Source: Rhizodiscina lignyota
Lineage: Eukaryota
Length of the DNA stretch: 64,000 nucleotides
Assembly (NCBI GenBank): GCA_010015805.1
Contig: ML978123.1
Span: 2,170,001 to 2,234,000 of the forward strand
Direction: 5' to 3'
Part shown: one piece after another, positions 36,813 to 50,207 of the stretch
Layout of the letters: each line of letters begins with the position of its first letter
Numbering within the stretch: position 1 is the stretch's first letter
Translations under genes and position numbers: made by a program
The notes under the pieces: generated by a model
What the model was told of the DNA's origin: nothing
Database searches by the model: none
What the model saw: the letters and a program-made list of their open reading frames with translations, nothing else

Positions 36813-39800
36813 GATATAATATGGCGGAAGGTTTTCATTGCCTCCGTAGAAGTGTGAACATTCTGTATAGCTGCTACCCACTGCTTCTGTCGTTTGTAAA
36901 TACCATTTGCGCCGGACGTGTCCATACTGGCCACTTCCCGCTATCGATGTCATTAATCATCCCCCACTGTACGGTCGCGGGAGAATATCGATCCGCCACT
37001 GACTCCATCTCATAAGTGTATGACGATTAGAATGCCACGTCCCGTCCCTAGTGAGCGCGGGAGCTCTACGGAGTCGACGTTAGACTTTCCACTAGCATTT
37101 CGGAAGTTCCCGCCCTTGCTAGGAATTCGTGCCTGAGAGAGTAAGATGTGCATCTGTCGCTCCGCAGCATGTCTACGCAAAAATTGAACAGTTCGCAAGC
37201 TGCAAGCGAGGCACTCCTCAACGGTGATTCCGAGAGTTGAGTGGCCGACCCGACAACGAAGAGAGTGGCGTGTTCGGAACTTTTGGAAGCTCTCTTGAGC
37301 TTGCAGGTCACTGCACTGGATCCACGTACTGCAGCCGCGTCACAGCTGGCAACAAATTAAATCAATTTCACCAGCGTCCACCGCAATGCCCGACCTTTTC
37401 TTCGGTTTTCAATACGGTCGGCCCGTATCCAGGGCCACAGACACGGGAGGACACCGACTGTTCACCACGCGCAACCACGAGGGTGGCTTTCGTACATGCT
37501 AAATCAAATATGGGGAAGTATCTGTACCTGCTCCTGTACCTGTACCTTTCTATTATGATAGCAAGGGTTCGATTATTAAGTCCCCTTCTCGCTCGCCGTG
37601 GACGTTGACATTTCCGCATATGCAGTGATGCACTGATCGACTCTGCGCAGGCCGTGTCCGCCAATGGCACCCAAATGTGACCTGTCACATTTTCGACCGC
37701 TCGGTCAGGAGTCCAGAGCCTGAACGCTTGGCTGCGAGGGCAGGAGACTATACAGTTAGGTTATGCAGGCCACTTTATTTACCAGATTGTGGTTCGCTAC
37801 TGTCTCAACGTCCAGTATGCAGTGAGGCTTCTGAGCTGTGAATGCACGGCGCAAGTCTCTCCGTGCCTAGAGTTCCTGGAGTAAGAGTTCATCGAGTTGC
37901 TCGATGGCCTTACGTTTTACCGAGATAATAATTCGATGACTTTTGCTGGCGCGCCCAGACGTCTCCTTTCGGAGTCGCCTTGGTACAGCTCGGGGGGCCG
38001 CGTAGATAACCAAACTGGTCGAATATCGTAACGAGCCTACGAAGTGGAAACTCTTCCGGCTCCTTCCTGCGCTCGGTAGTATCACGACGGATCCCAATGG
38101 CTTGTCGCTACTCGATGCCGGTCCGAGTACTCGACAAGAGCGACGGAGGCGAGCCAGCCACTGATGTGGAATCAGCCAGTTCATCTTAATTAGCGGCTCG
38201 TCATGCGAGGACATCTAAGTTTCCAGCTATCCGGGGACCAAGAGCTGCAGATGAGCGCCATTCGCGTTGTCGAATGCGACGCTGCTGCAACAGAGTCCGC
38301 AAACAGTATAACGAAGAGTCGGCTTGGGTCGAATTTATCCTTAGCTGGGAGCCAGTCAGAAGCGCGACAAACCTTAATTTCCGTAAGCGAAGACACGCGT
38401 GCGCTTCCGGGTTGACATCAGAAACAGGCCATCGAATTCCCTCTCGTGAAACCCAAGGCGATGGTGGTTTGCCTCGAATCGGCCCTATTTCTCATCCCAT
38501 ACATGGGGTAGACGGTAATACGGCCCGCAATGCCGCCTCTAGAAGCACCGCTTGATTTGGACCCTGTCGCTCATCCTTTCTGCCCCAGGTCTCAGATGGA
38601 CGAGCATCGTCATGTCCCTGTCCCCCCTGTCCAATTCGTTCTGGGGCGCTCTCAAACAAACATGCTTCTCCCGACCTCCGCATGCTCAGGCGCGCTCCTC
38701 GAGTCTCGGAGTTCTTGCGGCCCAATTTTCTGCGCGCTTTGGACACTGAAAAACACTCGAAAACTGACTCTCCGACTCTCGTGCCCCACAGTCGACCGCG
38801 ACTCAGTGTGCAAATCCTCCTCCGATCACATCCAAGGCTACCGTATGCACGCAAGAACTGCCCCCCACGCGGGCACGTTCCCGTCCTTCTAGGGCACACC
38901 CTAAAACCTTCGAGCTCTGGCTCTCCGTCTCCTCGCCGGCGGGCGCTCGCGTCTCATGCGTGCCGTTAGACGGGCTTGCCCCGCGTCTAACCTTGCGCCG
39001 CTGCGCGTGCTCATCCCAACCACACCTAATGTGCATGCGTCAACTCACGGCTCGTGTGCTGCACAGTTCTTCATCTAGTTAAGCGTCTCGACCGGCAAGC
39101 GTAACCGTTGCCAGCCCACTCGACGTCCTGCTTTGGAGCCTGGTGCAAATGGCTGCGGTGGAGAAAGCCTTCGCTGACCGGGCTCCTCGACTTGCGATAC
39201 GCACCCCAGGATTGCTAACATGCTTGCAGGCGAGCAGCACCCAGGGTCAAGGGCAGGGTACGCACGGCGCTGCCAATCCCTCTCCACTTTGCGCGTCCAA
39301 GCTTGGCGCCACAAAATGGAGAGTGGACAGGATAGATCCCTCCTCCATCTTGCATGTCCGCAGCAAGGGTCCTGGTCCCTGCGATGGGGGTGCCGTTGAT
39401 GGTCACTGCAAGTGCCTCCTGGTACGTATAGCCGTACCAGTACACAGGTACACTCGTACTGCGGGAGTGGCAGGACAATTGGCAGTCCTTGCCCTCGGAT
39501 TCGCTCGACATCCTGTTGATGTCTTTCGAAAAGTGGAATGACACGAACCAGAATCAGGAGACACAAATAGGCGGCGGTACGAGTTCCATTTTTGAGCTTA
39601 CGACAAGCCAAAGGTATGACTTCATACCACACGACGTGCCTCATCAACGTGCATCAAATAGTAGTCTTTGTCTGCGCGTGAGATTAAATTCTCCGACAAC
39701 AGGTAATACGTCGCAAAATTGGCTCAAGTCAAGGCATGAAGACCGAGAGCCGTGGCCCAAAAATTATGTGTCCCTAATTTGTCGTTGGTTGGGGATAACA

Positions 39801-40773
39801 AGTACCGCAAAGCGCCGACGTATGTGGCCCTCTGGTTGTACCATCTGTCCGGGTCGCCGTATGCCTGCGAACTGCCACATAGGTCCCACAAAAGGAGGGA
39901 ACGTGAAACTTAAGGAAGTGTCCGGGAAAATCAAGGCCTTGACTTCTGTACCGTCGCGGTATTGTTCGCGGACTCCGCTCACCGACAGCGGTGGCAAAAT
40001 ATGGCATGCAAGCCATCATCCACACTGACGTCTGACTTACCCGTCGCTGTGGGACACCACTTGCGCGGCGCGCAGATGCTTGAAAAAATTGTGCTACTCA
40101 GGATATATCGCCGTTCTTCGGTTTCGTGGAAGTATTGGAACGAATCGGGTCTATTGAAGGCCGTTACACAGATCGAGAGGTCATACGTTACACCAAGTCT
40201 GAGACACTCGAAGCTCACATCGGCAATGGGACCGAAATCATCATTCAAGCGCGTGATGGGTTTGATAATTTTGAGCGGTGAAGCAATCGCGATTGGCGAT
40301 TGCAAGTCAAAGATCAATTCACTAAACCTATCCCAAAAGCTCGTAGCTTGACTCGGAACGCCTCGAGATAGTGATGCCTCGAGGCATGATGAGCCCTACT
40401 CCAAGAAAATGCAGTGCTTGACGAGAGCAACAACGAATCGTCAAAAAGTCGTTACTGTCTGGTTATCCAGTTCCAGGTTTTCACATAGTTCCGCCGACGC
40501 TGAGAATAAGACAAATGCCAGCCCTTTTTTCCATCAGTCCGTCCTGTCCTGTGCGCGCCAAATGATATGCTGCTCGTCGAAGTGTTGCAATAAAGAGGTC
40601 GCGGAGAAGATGAAAGTCGGCCGTCATTTGCTTTGAAGTGACAATGTTCCGCCATAGCAATCTGCGCTGTGGAAATGAGAGCTTCGCCGCCGTGCGTAGT
40701 ATAAGAATCCTCGCTTGTGCCCATTGCCGTCGTATGCATGCCTCGTTTGCTGCTGAGGATCTCCAAGCCAAGC

Positions 40774-42586
40774 TCATGTGATCAAGAAGTCCCAACCCTT
40801 GCTCTGAATGATACCCTCCCAATCCCAGCTGCTCTCATCTCCAGAGTCCATAAGTTCCCACACGCAGTCAACGATCTGCCTCGCGTATTTGATATTTCCC
40901 AAGTTGGAGTACGCCTGTAGCTGATCGAATGCGCTCCGGATTTCAGGCCTGTGATCCGGTGAGAATGCCGCACAGCCGAGCAAGAACGTCGGCATTAGCA
41001 TTATACTCTGAGTCGACGAGTCACTAGGAAGCTCTCGGAGATACTGCAATCCAACCTCGACCGCCTCATTGATAGTCTCACTCGGTGTAGACGGCATTAC
41101 CGTACGCTGGAGATAAATCCAGGTACATTGCCGGTAGAGCATGCTTGCTATCCAGCGAGAAGTGTCGGGCGTTTGGATGCAGACCCATTCACGGATGCTG
41201 ACATCAATCTCGCGGGCGTCATTCAAGATGGTAAAGTCGACGTAAGGCTGGCGCCCTTGTGTGCGTCGTTCTCGAATTCGATCACGTAGCTTTCTGATCC
41301 TTGAAATGCAACCGAAAAGTCCGTCTACAACGCCGAGGAAGGCACCGGCTTCGGGCTGTATCATGAACTGTGGAAGATGGAAGTCATCCATCATCAGCAC
41401 TGACCGGTGATCGACTTTAGTGACGCTGTTGCACACGTCGTGGTATATGAAGAACTCAAATAGGAAGCTCTGAAACTCCGGATTGGAAGCCTTCTGCGAC
41501 AGGACAAGATGACGAGCAGCGTTCAAGTGAGGACAGTACGTCCCCTCAAGTTCACCTGCGCAAATACTCTTCAGACAAAGAACCAGTGTCTGCGCAATGG
41601 TTGGATCATCGATCAACGCGGATTTCTCACCGCTGACCGTGACAGCCATGGCACCATTCGTGCGGAGATGATTGACAGCTTTGTCGAAGTGGTGAAATTG
41701 CCTTTCTTCGAATTGTGGGTTGGGTTCGCGAGCCATTAAGTGGGAGCCAGAAAGACAGAGGAGCGAATGCATGAGTCCGCGGTGGGCCGTAGCCATCGGC
41801 AAAAGGATCTGGGTCCACGGATTCTGCTTGTCGGTGAACAAGCTTAGGACTCTGCTGACATGGAGATTGAAGTGGTCAAAGAAGAACCAGTCAAGGTCCG
41901 TCTCGATGCCCTCGATCAAGGCAGGGAGCTCCTTTGGCTTCTCTATGCTGAATCTTCGGCCTAAGATGTACGTGAGTACAAACACTGCGAGCGGACTGTG
42001 GCCATCAGATATACCTTTCATTGCTCTTTGTTTCCCGCTCTGCCAATAGTCCTTCGGCGGATATCCCTCACAGTGAACATTATTCTTCTGGCAGTGGAGG
42101 CCTAGTTATGCATAGTTAGTGAACAATACATGTACATAATGACGACCGGCATGATTTAAATGGGCGCATACATGCGGGCTTCGTCTCGTCACACTTCTTC
42201 TTGCGTCTTCTGCATGTAATGCAACCTGTCTTTGATCGACCCTTGAGCGTTTTGGAGATGGAATTTGGTGGCTCCTTTGGATGTTTTCTTGGTCTACCGC
42301 GAGGTCTCTTGATTAAGGTCTGATCATCGTTGTGCTCCATGTCTTCCTCGTCTGGTGGCGATGGCAATGGCTTCTGGTCCAGTTCATCCTCCTCCTCCAC
42401 TTCCTCGATCTTCGGGATGACATCTCTCTCGTGTTCCGTGGGACTCTCCATCATATGGACGCTGAAGCATAACCGCGTTGCAGTCCTGGGCGACTCGCTG
42501 GATGCAGCTGTCGACTGAGGCGAGGAACTGTCGCTCATATCGCTATGGGCAAGCGGCAGCGCTGGCCCGTAAACCAAGGCGGCCAT
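40774..42586 (-). CDS. Zn(II)2Cys6 transcription factor with AT-hook and fungal-specific TF domain (acr-2-like), 3 exons
   Basis: KRPRGRPRK AT-hook; GCITCRRRKKKCDETKPAC|LHCQKNNVHCEGY after splicing; C-terminal NPWTQILLPMA...FEFFIYHDV...MPTFLLGCAAF domain. Start codon uncertain. Confidence 0.88.
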
Positions 42587-45500
42587 GAGAGGTTGAGAGA
42601 TATTCACTGCCTTGATGGCTAATTGAGCGTTGCTTCCTCAAGCATCTGTAGCCGAGTGTCGGAGGGATCTGGGAGCGTTGTCTTCGGTGTTGGTGAAGAG
42701 GAATCGTCTACACCTGGATTTCATGGAGAAAAATGATCGTCGACTCCTAATGCATCGAGGCGGGGACCGGAAAGTCGGAGGGTCCTCTTACAGTGCAACA
42801 AGAATTTCCGACGACTTTGAATGTATTTGAGCGCGGATGGCCTTCCTATCAAATCGTGTGCCCGCCGCAATTGAATGTTCTTGGGACTCGATTCGTAGGC
42901 AGTGCGGAGAAGATTGGCTTACAATCGATTGGGGCACCGATCAGTGATAAATGGAGGACTAGAGTGGAGAGCGCGGGGGGCCACCGCTTACTGCTAGCGA
43001 ACGCTGTCTAACGCCATCTGCAATGGTCAGGGAGCAGGGTGCATTGTTGGAGCGGCATCCTGCCTGCAACCTGACACTGCAAGCTTCAAACCTCCTACCG
43101 TAGTCAGAATTTTGTGCCTAGGTACCTCTCTCTCGGGTCACGCTGCTGGCGAGGTCAGCGTGCTCCGAAGGCCGTTGTTACTAGATACAGTCACCCCGGG
43201 TAATATTGCGGAGTTCAAACCCTTTGAGCTGCATTCACGTCTCTTCTAGACTCTGCCATGTTCAGATGAAATCCCGAAGGCGTCTGCATCGTCCAAAAGG
43301 ACTCGTGATTGTGTAGGGAGTAAATTTGTACCAGTACCTCAACGCCCGCCCCCCGGCATGAGGCGGCTTAGACCGTTGCGCTCAGTTCGACAGGATCATC
43401 CCAGGAAAAGTGCCATTCCTTTGGGAATTCGATCGCAGGATGCTGCAAAGCAGAATTGAAGCGGAAGGCTAGCTGGCCGTTGTTGATTGGCTGGGCAGGA
43501 TTACCCCGGCTTTGAACAATCATCATCAAAGCTTGCCATGTCTGATCCCGAAAACATGGGCGTTGATCGACAGCGCGATAGACTTGGTCTCCGTTCTCGA
43601 CGGCCGTGCGTTTTTTGACGACCGGCGGGAAAGCTAAGCGGCGCCTGGCATCGCCCTTTTTCGAACACGTGAGTTAAGGCGGCAGAACACGAGAGCGAGA
43701 CGAATCTCATATAGCCGGAGATCTTCTTTGGACGTCGGCAGCTCCCTAGACTGATGAGACCCTCTCCTCCCTGCTCAGGGTGTGCGGAGGGAGCTAGCTT
43801 CAGGCTGGTCTCGTGGATGGCCTTCGCCCTTTGCAATATATTATTGGATGGTGAGACGTGCCTTTACTTGCATATTCATACCGTGCTTCGGGGGAGGTCG
43901 AGCCGCTCTGACTCGCGCCATGCAGTCGTAGTGGCTTGTGGCGTACTTGGATTATGAAGTTGCTCACGATGTTTCGGCTCACCTCCTCACCGATTCACGT
44001 CCAGCACTCGCTTGTCCCTGCTTTCGCCCTTTGGAGATGCGATTTGCGTGAGATGTTAAGGGTCTGTGAAAGGATGCGAGCGGAGGTATGCACGCCAAGG
44101 TGTGGCGGCTGCACTCCAGAGTGGGCCAAAGTGTGAGCGGTCGCCTCAACGTTATGTTCTTAACCATGTGCTTTGTGCATCGATTTGCAATAGACAATGA
44201 CGATCAGACGGGCAGGACATGTTTCAGGGTAAGTGCTGCTAGGTGCCGTCGCCGAAAAGGTCGCAGCGGTGGGGAAGCGTTCGCGATGCCCTGATGTACT
44301 TCAAGGGTCGCAGCTGCAAATCACATTGAAATTCCCGATCCTGGTGTTCTCCACAGCCGATGGTTGGCAAAACGGCGAAGAACAAGGGGTGCAGAAAACG
44401 GTCGTGACCTCCGGGCCATTCAAAGCTTGATACAGCAAGGCCTCCTTCCTGGACAGGGCCTTGATTTCGAGATCGTCACTGAAAATACCTGCGAGGTGAG
44501 AGCCTTCCGGCTTTGGGCAACCGTATGCAGGTCGTAGAAGATGCAGAGTGTCTCAATTCCTGCCAGACTCCATTGGGTCAAGAAATTGGAGATTCTGTCG
44601 AAGTGGCTTGGTCTGCGAACCTCTGCAAGCCTTGACCTGCTTGACCAGGAACAAGCGAGGCGAGCCTGGAACGCGTCATCGATTATCTCCGAATTTCTGG
44701 AATTGCAGAGGCGTACAGTATCTTGCGAGCGTAGGAAATTCATTGTCCGTTGGCTATAAACGTTCAGGGAAACAGATAGTGAATACGGCTTCTGCGTGTG
44801 AGATACAGGTTACCGACACGGGCCGGCCCTGCCTTTCTCCCCGAGTCGACCGATTTCAACCTCCTGGACAGCCTCAACATGGGGTGCCAAAGTCCAGGCA
44901 ACGCTGCGCCGGAGTACCAAACCCGCGTAATGGGATTCCAAAGGCACGAGGGTGTTGATACCGCCTCGCTACTGGGCTTGAGCTCGCCTCCGACACAGCT
45001 GATGGAGGGGTGGAGAAGACCAAACCGGTATTCTCAAGGAACGGCTGCGAACGCCGTTGCCCTCTTCCTCTCTACAATGCCTTACTGATGGGCCAAGCCT
45101 CGCCTTCAAATGTTAGCGATGGAGGGGAGGGACTTCTGCTGACTGGTAAGCTAGTCGAGATATCCTTGTTACTTATTCGTCCCAAATGTCTCACAGAACT
45201 CCAGCTCACTGGCGGGATTCGGATCAGGCTCGGTTTCGTTTTACGAACGCGCGACGCAAATGGACATCATCCCATGGCTACCTCCGACTTGTCGCATCGA
45301 CTCGAATAGCAACTCCAACGCAGCGTACTTCGTTGTCGGTCAAGGTGGCAATAGAACGAGTATCGTAATCTAAGGTGTGAGGTAAATTATTCTTGTCTAT
45401 CGTCCTGTCTATGCTACGTCCTGGCTTGATCAAAATATTGCAGGCAGTAACTCATCAGGGAGCCCACACCTCTTATGGTTGCCCGAGTTAGAATGACATG

Positions 45501-46454
45501 CCCAAAGAGGGCTAGAAAGAGCCAGAATAGGACAAGTGAGCACAATTAAGGAAATTGGACAGCAGTGGTGAAAAGATAATTTGAACTCGGTTCAGAACGA
45601 TGTTTGCGACAAATTTAGTAAAGCTGCAACGGAGCGTGGCGACCACGCACTCCGACGGTTGCACAGCAGCGACGCATCATTTCACGGCGGTGATACAGAT
45701 GCACAAGAGCAGTTTCAAAAGTGAATCTGAGTACAAGAAGAAATAACGCAAAGGCGCGTCTGGAGCAGTCACGTGCTCAAGGCAAAGGTCGCTTCCCACG
45801 GACGTCTCCATGAGGTTTAAGAGTTATGAATGAAGCATCGAGCAGTCGCAGGAACAGTAATCGAACGAGTATTGGAGCGTTTGGTATCACAAGATCTTCG
45901 GGTATCGATTGGAGGCCGCAGAAGGGCATTCGTGTACCTGCATACAGCCGCTGCTGCTGTGGCACAGCGTGGGTTTGCTGGCAGGGAGGCTGCGAGATGG
46001 CTGGCATAGAACATCTGAAGAGTTCTCGAAGGATTCTCGAAAGACCATTATACCAGACTCACCAGACCTTATCAAGTCGAAGCCATATCTTCACTCTTGA
46101 GGTGGATTGAGGCACGCGCGCTGCAAGCGGTGACGTGGCGGTGCGGTGCGGTGGCGAATATCACTTCAGTGAAGGCAGTCGCGCGTTTGAAGGGAAATTA
46201 GATTTGGTCGCCCTCCGCGCAAACAACACACCTTCACCGCCTTAAGGCCCGCACTTCTGCCGTGCTGCGTAGGTAGCTCTTAAGCTTTGCTTTTCTTCAA
46301 TCCTCCACCTCTTTTCCTTCTCTCTTCACCACACTCCTTCCCACGCTTCTTGCGCACCACTCACTCTTTCTTTGCACAAACAGCCACCACACTCTCTCTC
46401 ACACTCTCTCACTTCTCGCTTGACGTTTGTCTTCAAACAGGAGCAAACGTCAAG

Positions 46455-49400
46455 ATGCGCGTCGCCACAGCGTTGGCCGTGTTCGCTCTTGCGAGCAAGG
46501 CCATTGGTGGAAACGCAGACACTCCTTCTGCGGGCTATGGCTATGGGTGAGTGTCTGTCTTTGTTCCTCTGCACTGCGTTTGATATGTCGATTGCGCGCT
46601 TTCTGTGCTTTTGCGCGTGTTGTCCCCAGTTCTTGCTTTTTGCGCGAGCAGCTGGCGTTCGTTGTTCTCGGCGTGCGCGCGCTTCACAGCACACGTCAAA
46701 CACTTCATCACTTCACTCCATTGTTACGTGTACATTGGACGCGCTGTTTTGGGGCTTTACTTCACCTCCACCGCCGTTCTGAGCATGGCAGAGAATGAAG
46801 AGGGGTACTTTCTGCGACTTCTTGTGCGATATGGGGTCCCCTTCTTTGCATTCTTTGGTGTTCAAATTGAATCAACACTTCCGGCAGCAGAGAGGTGCCG
46901 TAGAGCTCGCATCGCTCGCAACCATCAGCAGCGCTTTGCACGGCCTCCAGGGCCTCCGCGGCCTGCACGGCCTCCACGACGATTGATCGCGTGGAGGCGA
47001 ATCCCCTACCTCCGTGCGCTCCTTAGATTCATTCGGCCATTATGGCGTCGCGTCACTTTCCGAGTTTGCAGACGGGTGTACCGATTGTTTATAAAGTTTC
47101 GTTGGTGGATTCACGCTGTCTTTCTGACTTTTCAGCACCTACCTGTTGTCATGGAAGTTGCCTGCGAAGAATACCAGCCAGGGAGTTGGCGTCTCGCGTC
47201 ATCTGTAGTGGCGATTCCACTAGTGATCTTGTTCCAGATCTATTTGTGTTTGTTTCAAGCAACCTGCCCTTTCGACTCCTGCCGATCTGTGCGCTCAGTT
47301 GAGGCCTTGGAACGTTACTGCTGATGTATCTTTGCTAGTGCTCTCTCCCTTTCTATGGTGAGCTCCGTGACGAGCTCTCCCGCGCCCTCTAGCACGACCA
47401 CTACCAACGACACGAGTGCCACGGGCCTCAACTCTACCAAGACTCTTAGCTCTTCAAAGCTTCCGATCTCCAACACGAGCTCTGAGTTCAGCGCCATCAT
47501 TGCTTCCTCTAGCAGCTCGCGTATCAATCATGGCAATGTCACCAGCTCCTCGGTCTCGCACTCGCCGGCTACCATCACTCGCTTCCTCACTGTCACCAAG
47601 CCTGCCGTGATCACCATCGCTAATACCTCTCACTCTACCCCGAGCATCGTGACGATCTACGCTACCGCCACTGTTAGTGGTCCTGTTGTCACTCAGGGCG
47701 TTTCAACTGTCACAGTTACCACGTCTATTGTCGATATCCTCACTGCCTGCGCTGGTTCTTCGACCGGTGCGACCCTTCTCTCGGCAATTTCGACTTCCGG
47801 CTCCACGAGCGAGACTCCACCCCAGTCTTCAACCATCCGCTCTACGCACATTAACCACGAGACAAAGACGTATACGGTTATTCCTGCTCCGAAGCCTTCG
47901 TCCAACATCAGTGCGAGCATGAAGGTGCACTATGCGTCGCCGTCATCGCTCATCGATACAAGCTCCACCTCTTCGGCCGATTTGACGACAACTGTGGACG
48001 TTACTGTGACGTCTACGTTCCGGCGCACTTTGGTTAGTACGATTACAGCCAGCCATAACAACTCGACTCCCGCTTCGCCTGGCAAGACAACTGGAAGCGC
48101 CTCGACTTCTGAGCAGGCTACAACCACGGTCATTACTCTGACTTCAAAGTCAACAATCACTCTGGAATCGACCAAGACCATGCACAGTCCTTCGAGCACA
48201 TCATCACCGACGCTCCAGACATTCTCATTCGTCTCGAAGTCGTCCCAAGAAGTAATTGCTCCATCTAGCTCTTCAAGCTCCGGTGTCTTTAATGCCACGG
48301 CAACCGCATTCTCGAGCTCCAAGATCTCATCGTCTGGTGCTCACAATGCCACGACAACCTCTTGCTCAACTTCTAAGATGGTCTCATCGACGTCCAAGGT
48401 CTCAACTTCTGGTGCCTTTAATGCAACCGCGTTCTCAAGCTCCAAGACTGTTTCATCGACGCCAACGATTTCATCTTCCAGTGCTTTCAATTCCACGACG
48501 ACCTCGTGCTCAAGCTCCGAAAGCTCCTTGTCTGTCGGTACCTTCAACGCCACAGCAATGTCTTCAACGAGCGGCACTACAAGTGTGACATCTGCCTCAA
48601 TCTCCGAGACTCTCTCGTCGACAACTACAACGTCCGCTACTAGCACCTCATCAACGTCCCAGGTTGCGAGCTCTACCTCATCTGCAATGCACTCTAGTGC
48701 TACGCCAGTCCTCTCATCATCGAGCTCACCTTCATCTTCGGGCGTATTTGGAGCAGTTGAAACCAGCGCGTCAAGCGCTTCAGCCAAGGCTTATGGAGCT
48801 TATCCATCGTCAACTCTCATTGTCTCCATAGTTTCTTCCTCCAGCGTCTTCGGTGCTGGTGAAACTTCGACATCAAGCAGTTCAGCCAAATCCACCCTTG
48901 GTTCAACTTCCTCGACTGAGCTTGGTGCTACTGCGATATCGGCTTCCACTAGCTCTTCGATCGGCTCATCTGTGAAGATGCAGACATCTGCCCCTGGCTA
49001 CTATCCGAAGATTCGACCCCGCTTCGCGTATCCCTCCAACTCTACGACGCATTGCACTGACGAGAAGACGACTACTTCTGGCTTCGTAACTGCTATCTCC
49101 ACCAAGAGTGCTATGTCGACTGCTCTATCCGGCGTTCCCCTTGGATCAGGAACTGGCCCATCAAGCTTCATTAACGCGACTGCTCTTCTAGCCATCACTG
49201 CTAAGTCGACCACATCGAGTTACGCATCTGTGACCACAACTCTCGGTGCAGTTACCACGTCGTCAAACACTCTGCTCACAGCTTATCCACTCACTGGCGG
49301 AATTGAGACTCCAGCCCTCTTCATTGGCACGTCGTCAGTTCTTGGCATCTCGACAAACACCAAGGCACCACACATCCAGCCTTCGACCCAGGTCTCCAGC

Positions 49401-50207
49401 CCAACAGAGTTTCCTACAGCAGCTTTCTCTTTGTTCAGTGGCTTCACTTCAACCCCTATCGCCACGACCACTCCAGTAGCGAAGGCCGCCGTTCCACCTG
49501 TGACAATCACCATCACCGTCGATCGGAGCACCAATTCCACATCGACGTCATCGGCGTCTCCTGCTGCTACCTCCTGTGGCGAGAGTGGTAACTTTGTCCT
49601 CACTTGGGATGACGAGCCAAGCTTCGAGCCTTCGAACAAGACCGCAGCAAGCCAACACCCGCCGGTCTTCAATCCCTATCATCACATGTTCTTTGCCAAT
49701 GGCTACGGCTACATGAATGACAACAACGAGCCTTTCCGTGCTGTCTCCAAGCCTACAGTCGCTGTCTGGTACGCCAACAACACGGCTGACGTTGGTTCCC
49801 CTGACGCTGCTGGTCTGGAGCCCGCTGAAATTGGTGCTGGTCCTCGTGGTTCGAACAATGCTTGGTGGTTCAACGCCGACAGCGCTTACTTTGGCTGCGA
49901 CAATGATGGCCCTGGCGATTGCGTTCTAGACATCACAGGCTATCAGTGGGACTACCCGAACAACCTTGAAATGCCAATGGTCCATCAGCAGGTCACGATC
50001 AACACCTGCCCAGGCTTCAAGAACTGCACGCTCACCCACGTGCCTTTCTCTGTGGACATGGTTAACCTCACTGGCATTCAGTTTGTCATGTCGACCTTCT
50101 ATCCGGGCAAGCAGATCTTGCAGCCGTTCGTGGTGGACAACCTTGCTCTGGGTTGGTACAACAACACGTGCGAGGCGGGCTTGTTGCGCATCTCTCAGCG
50201 CAAGTAG
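46455..50207 (+). CDS. Secreted Ser/Thr-rich mucin-like protein with conserved C-terminal Cys-containing domain (DUF7371-like); exons 46455-46546, 47339-50207
   Basis: Exon 1 encodes signal peptide MRVATALAVFALASKAIG; GTGAGT donor 46547 and GCTGAT...TAG acceptor 47338 join in phase 2 to the 950-aa ORF; FNATA repeats; C-terminal CGESGNFVLTWDDEP...VFNPYHHMFF...SAYFGCDN...VDNLALGWYNNTCEAGLLR. Confidence 0.82.

Noticed and set aside
39075..40351. Overlapping 100-190 aa ORFs on both strands
   Set aside because: No protein-like motifs; treated instead as a possible non-coding structured region.
43421..43440. GGGAATTCG resembling RNase P/MRP CR-I
   Set aside because: No matching CR-V/P4 partner found by eye.
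46127..46157. GCGGT repeats as Zn2Cys6 binding sites
   Set aside because: A short microsatellite-like tract; function cannot be inferred from the sequence.
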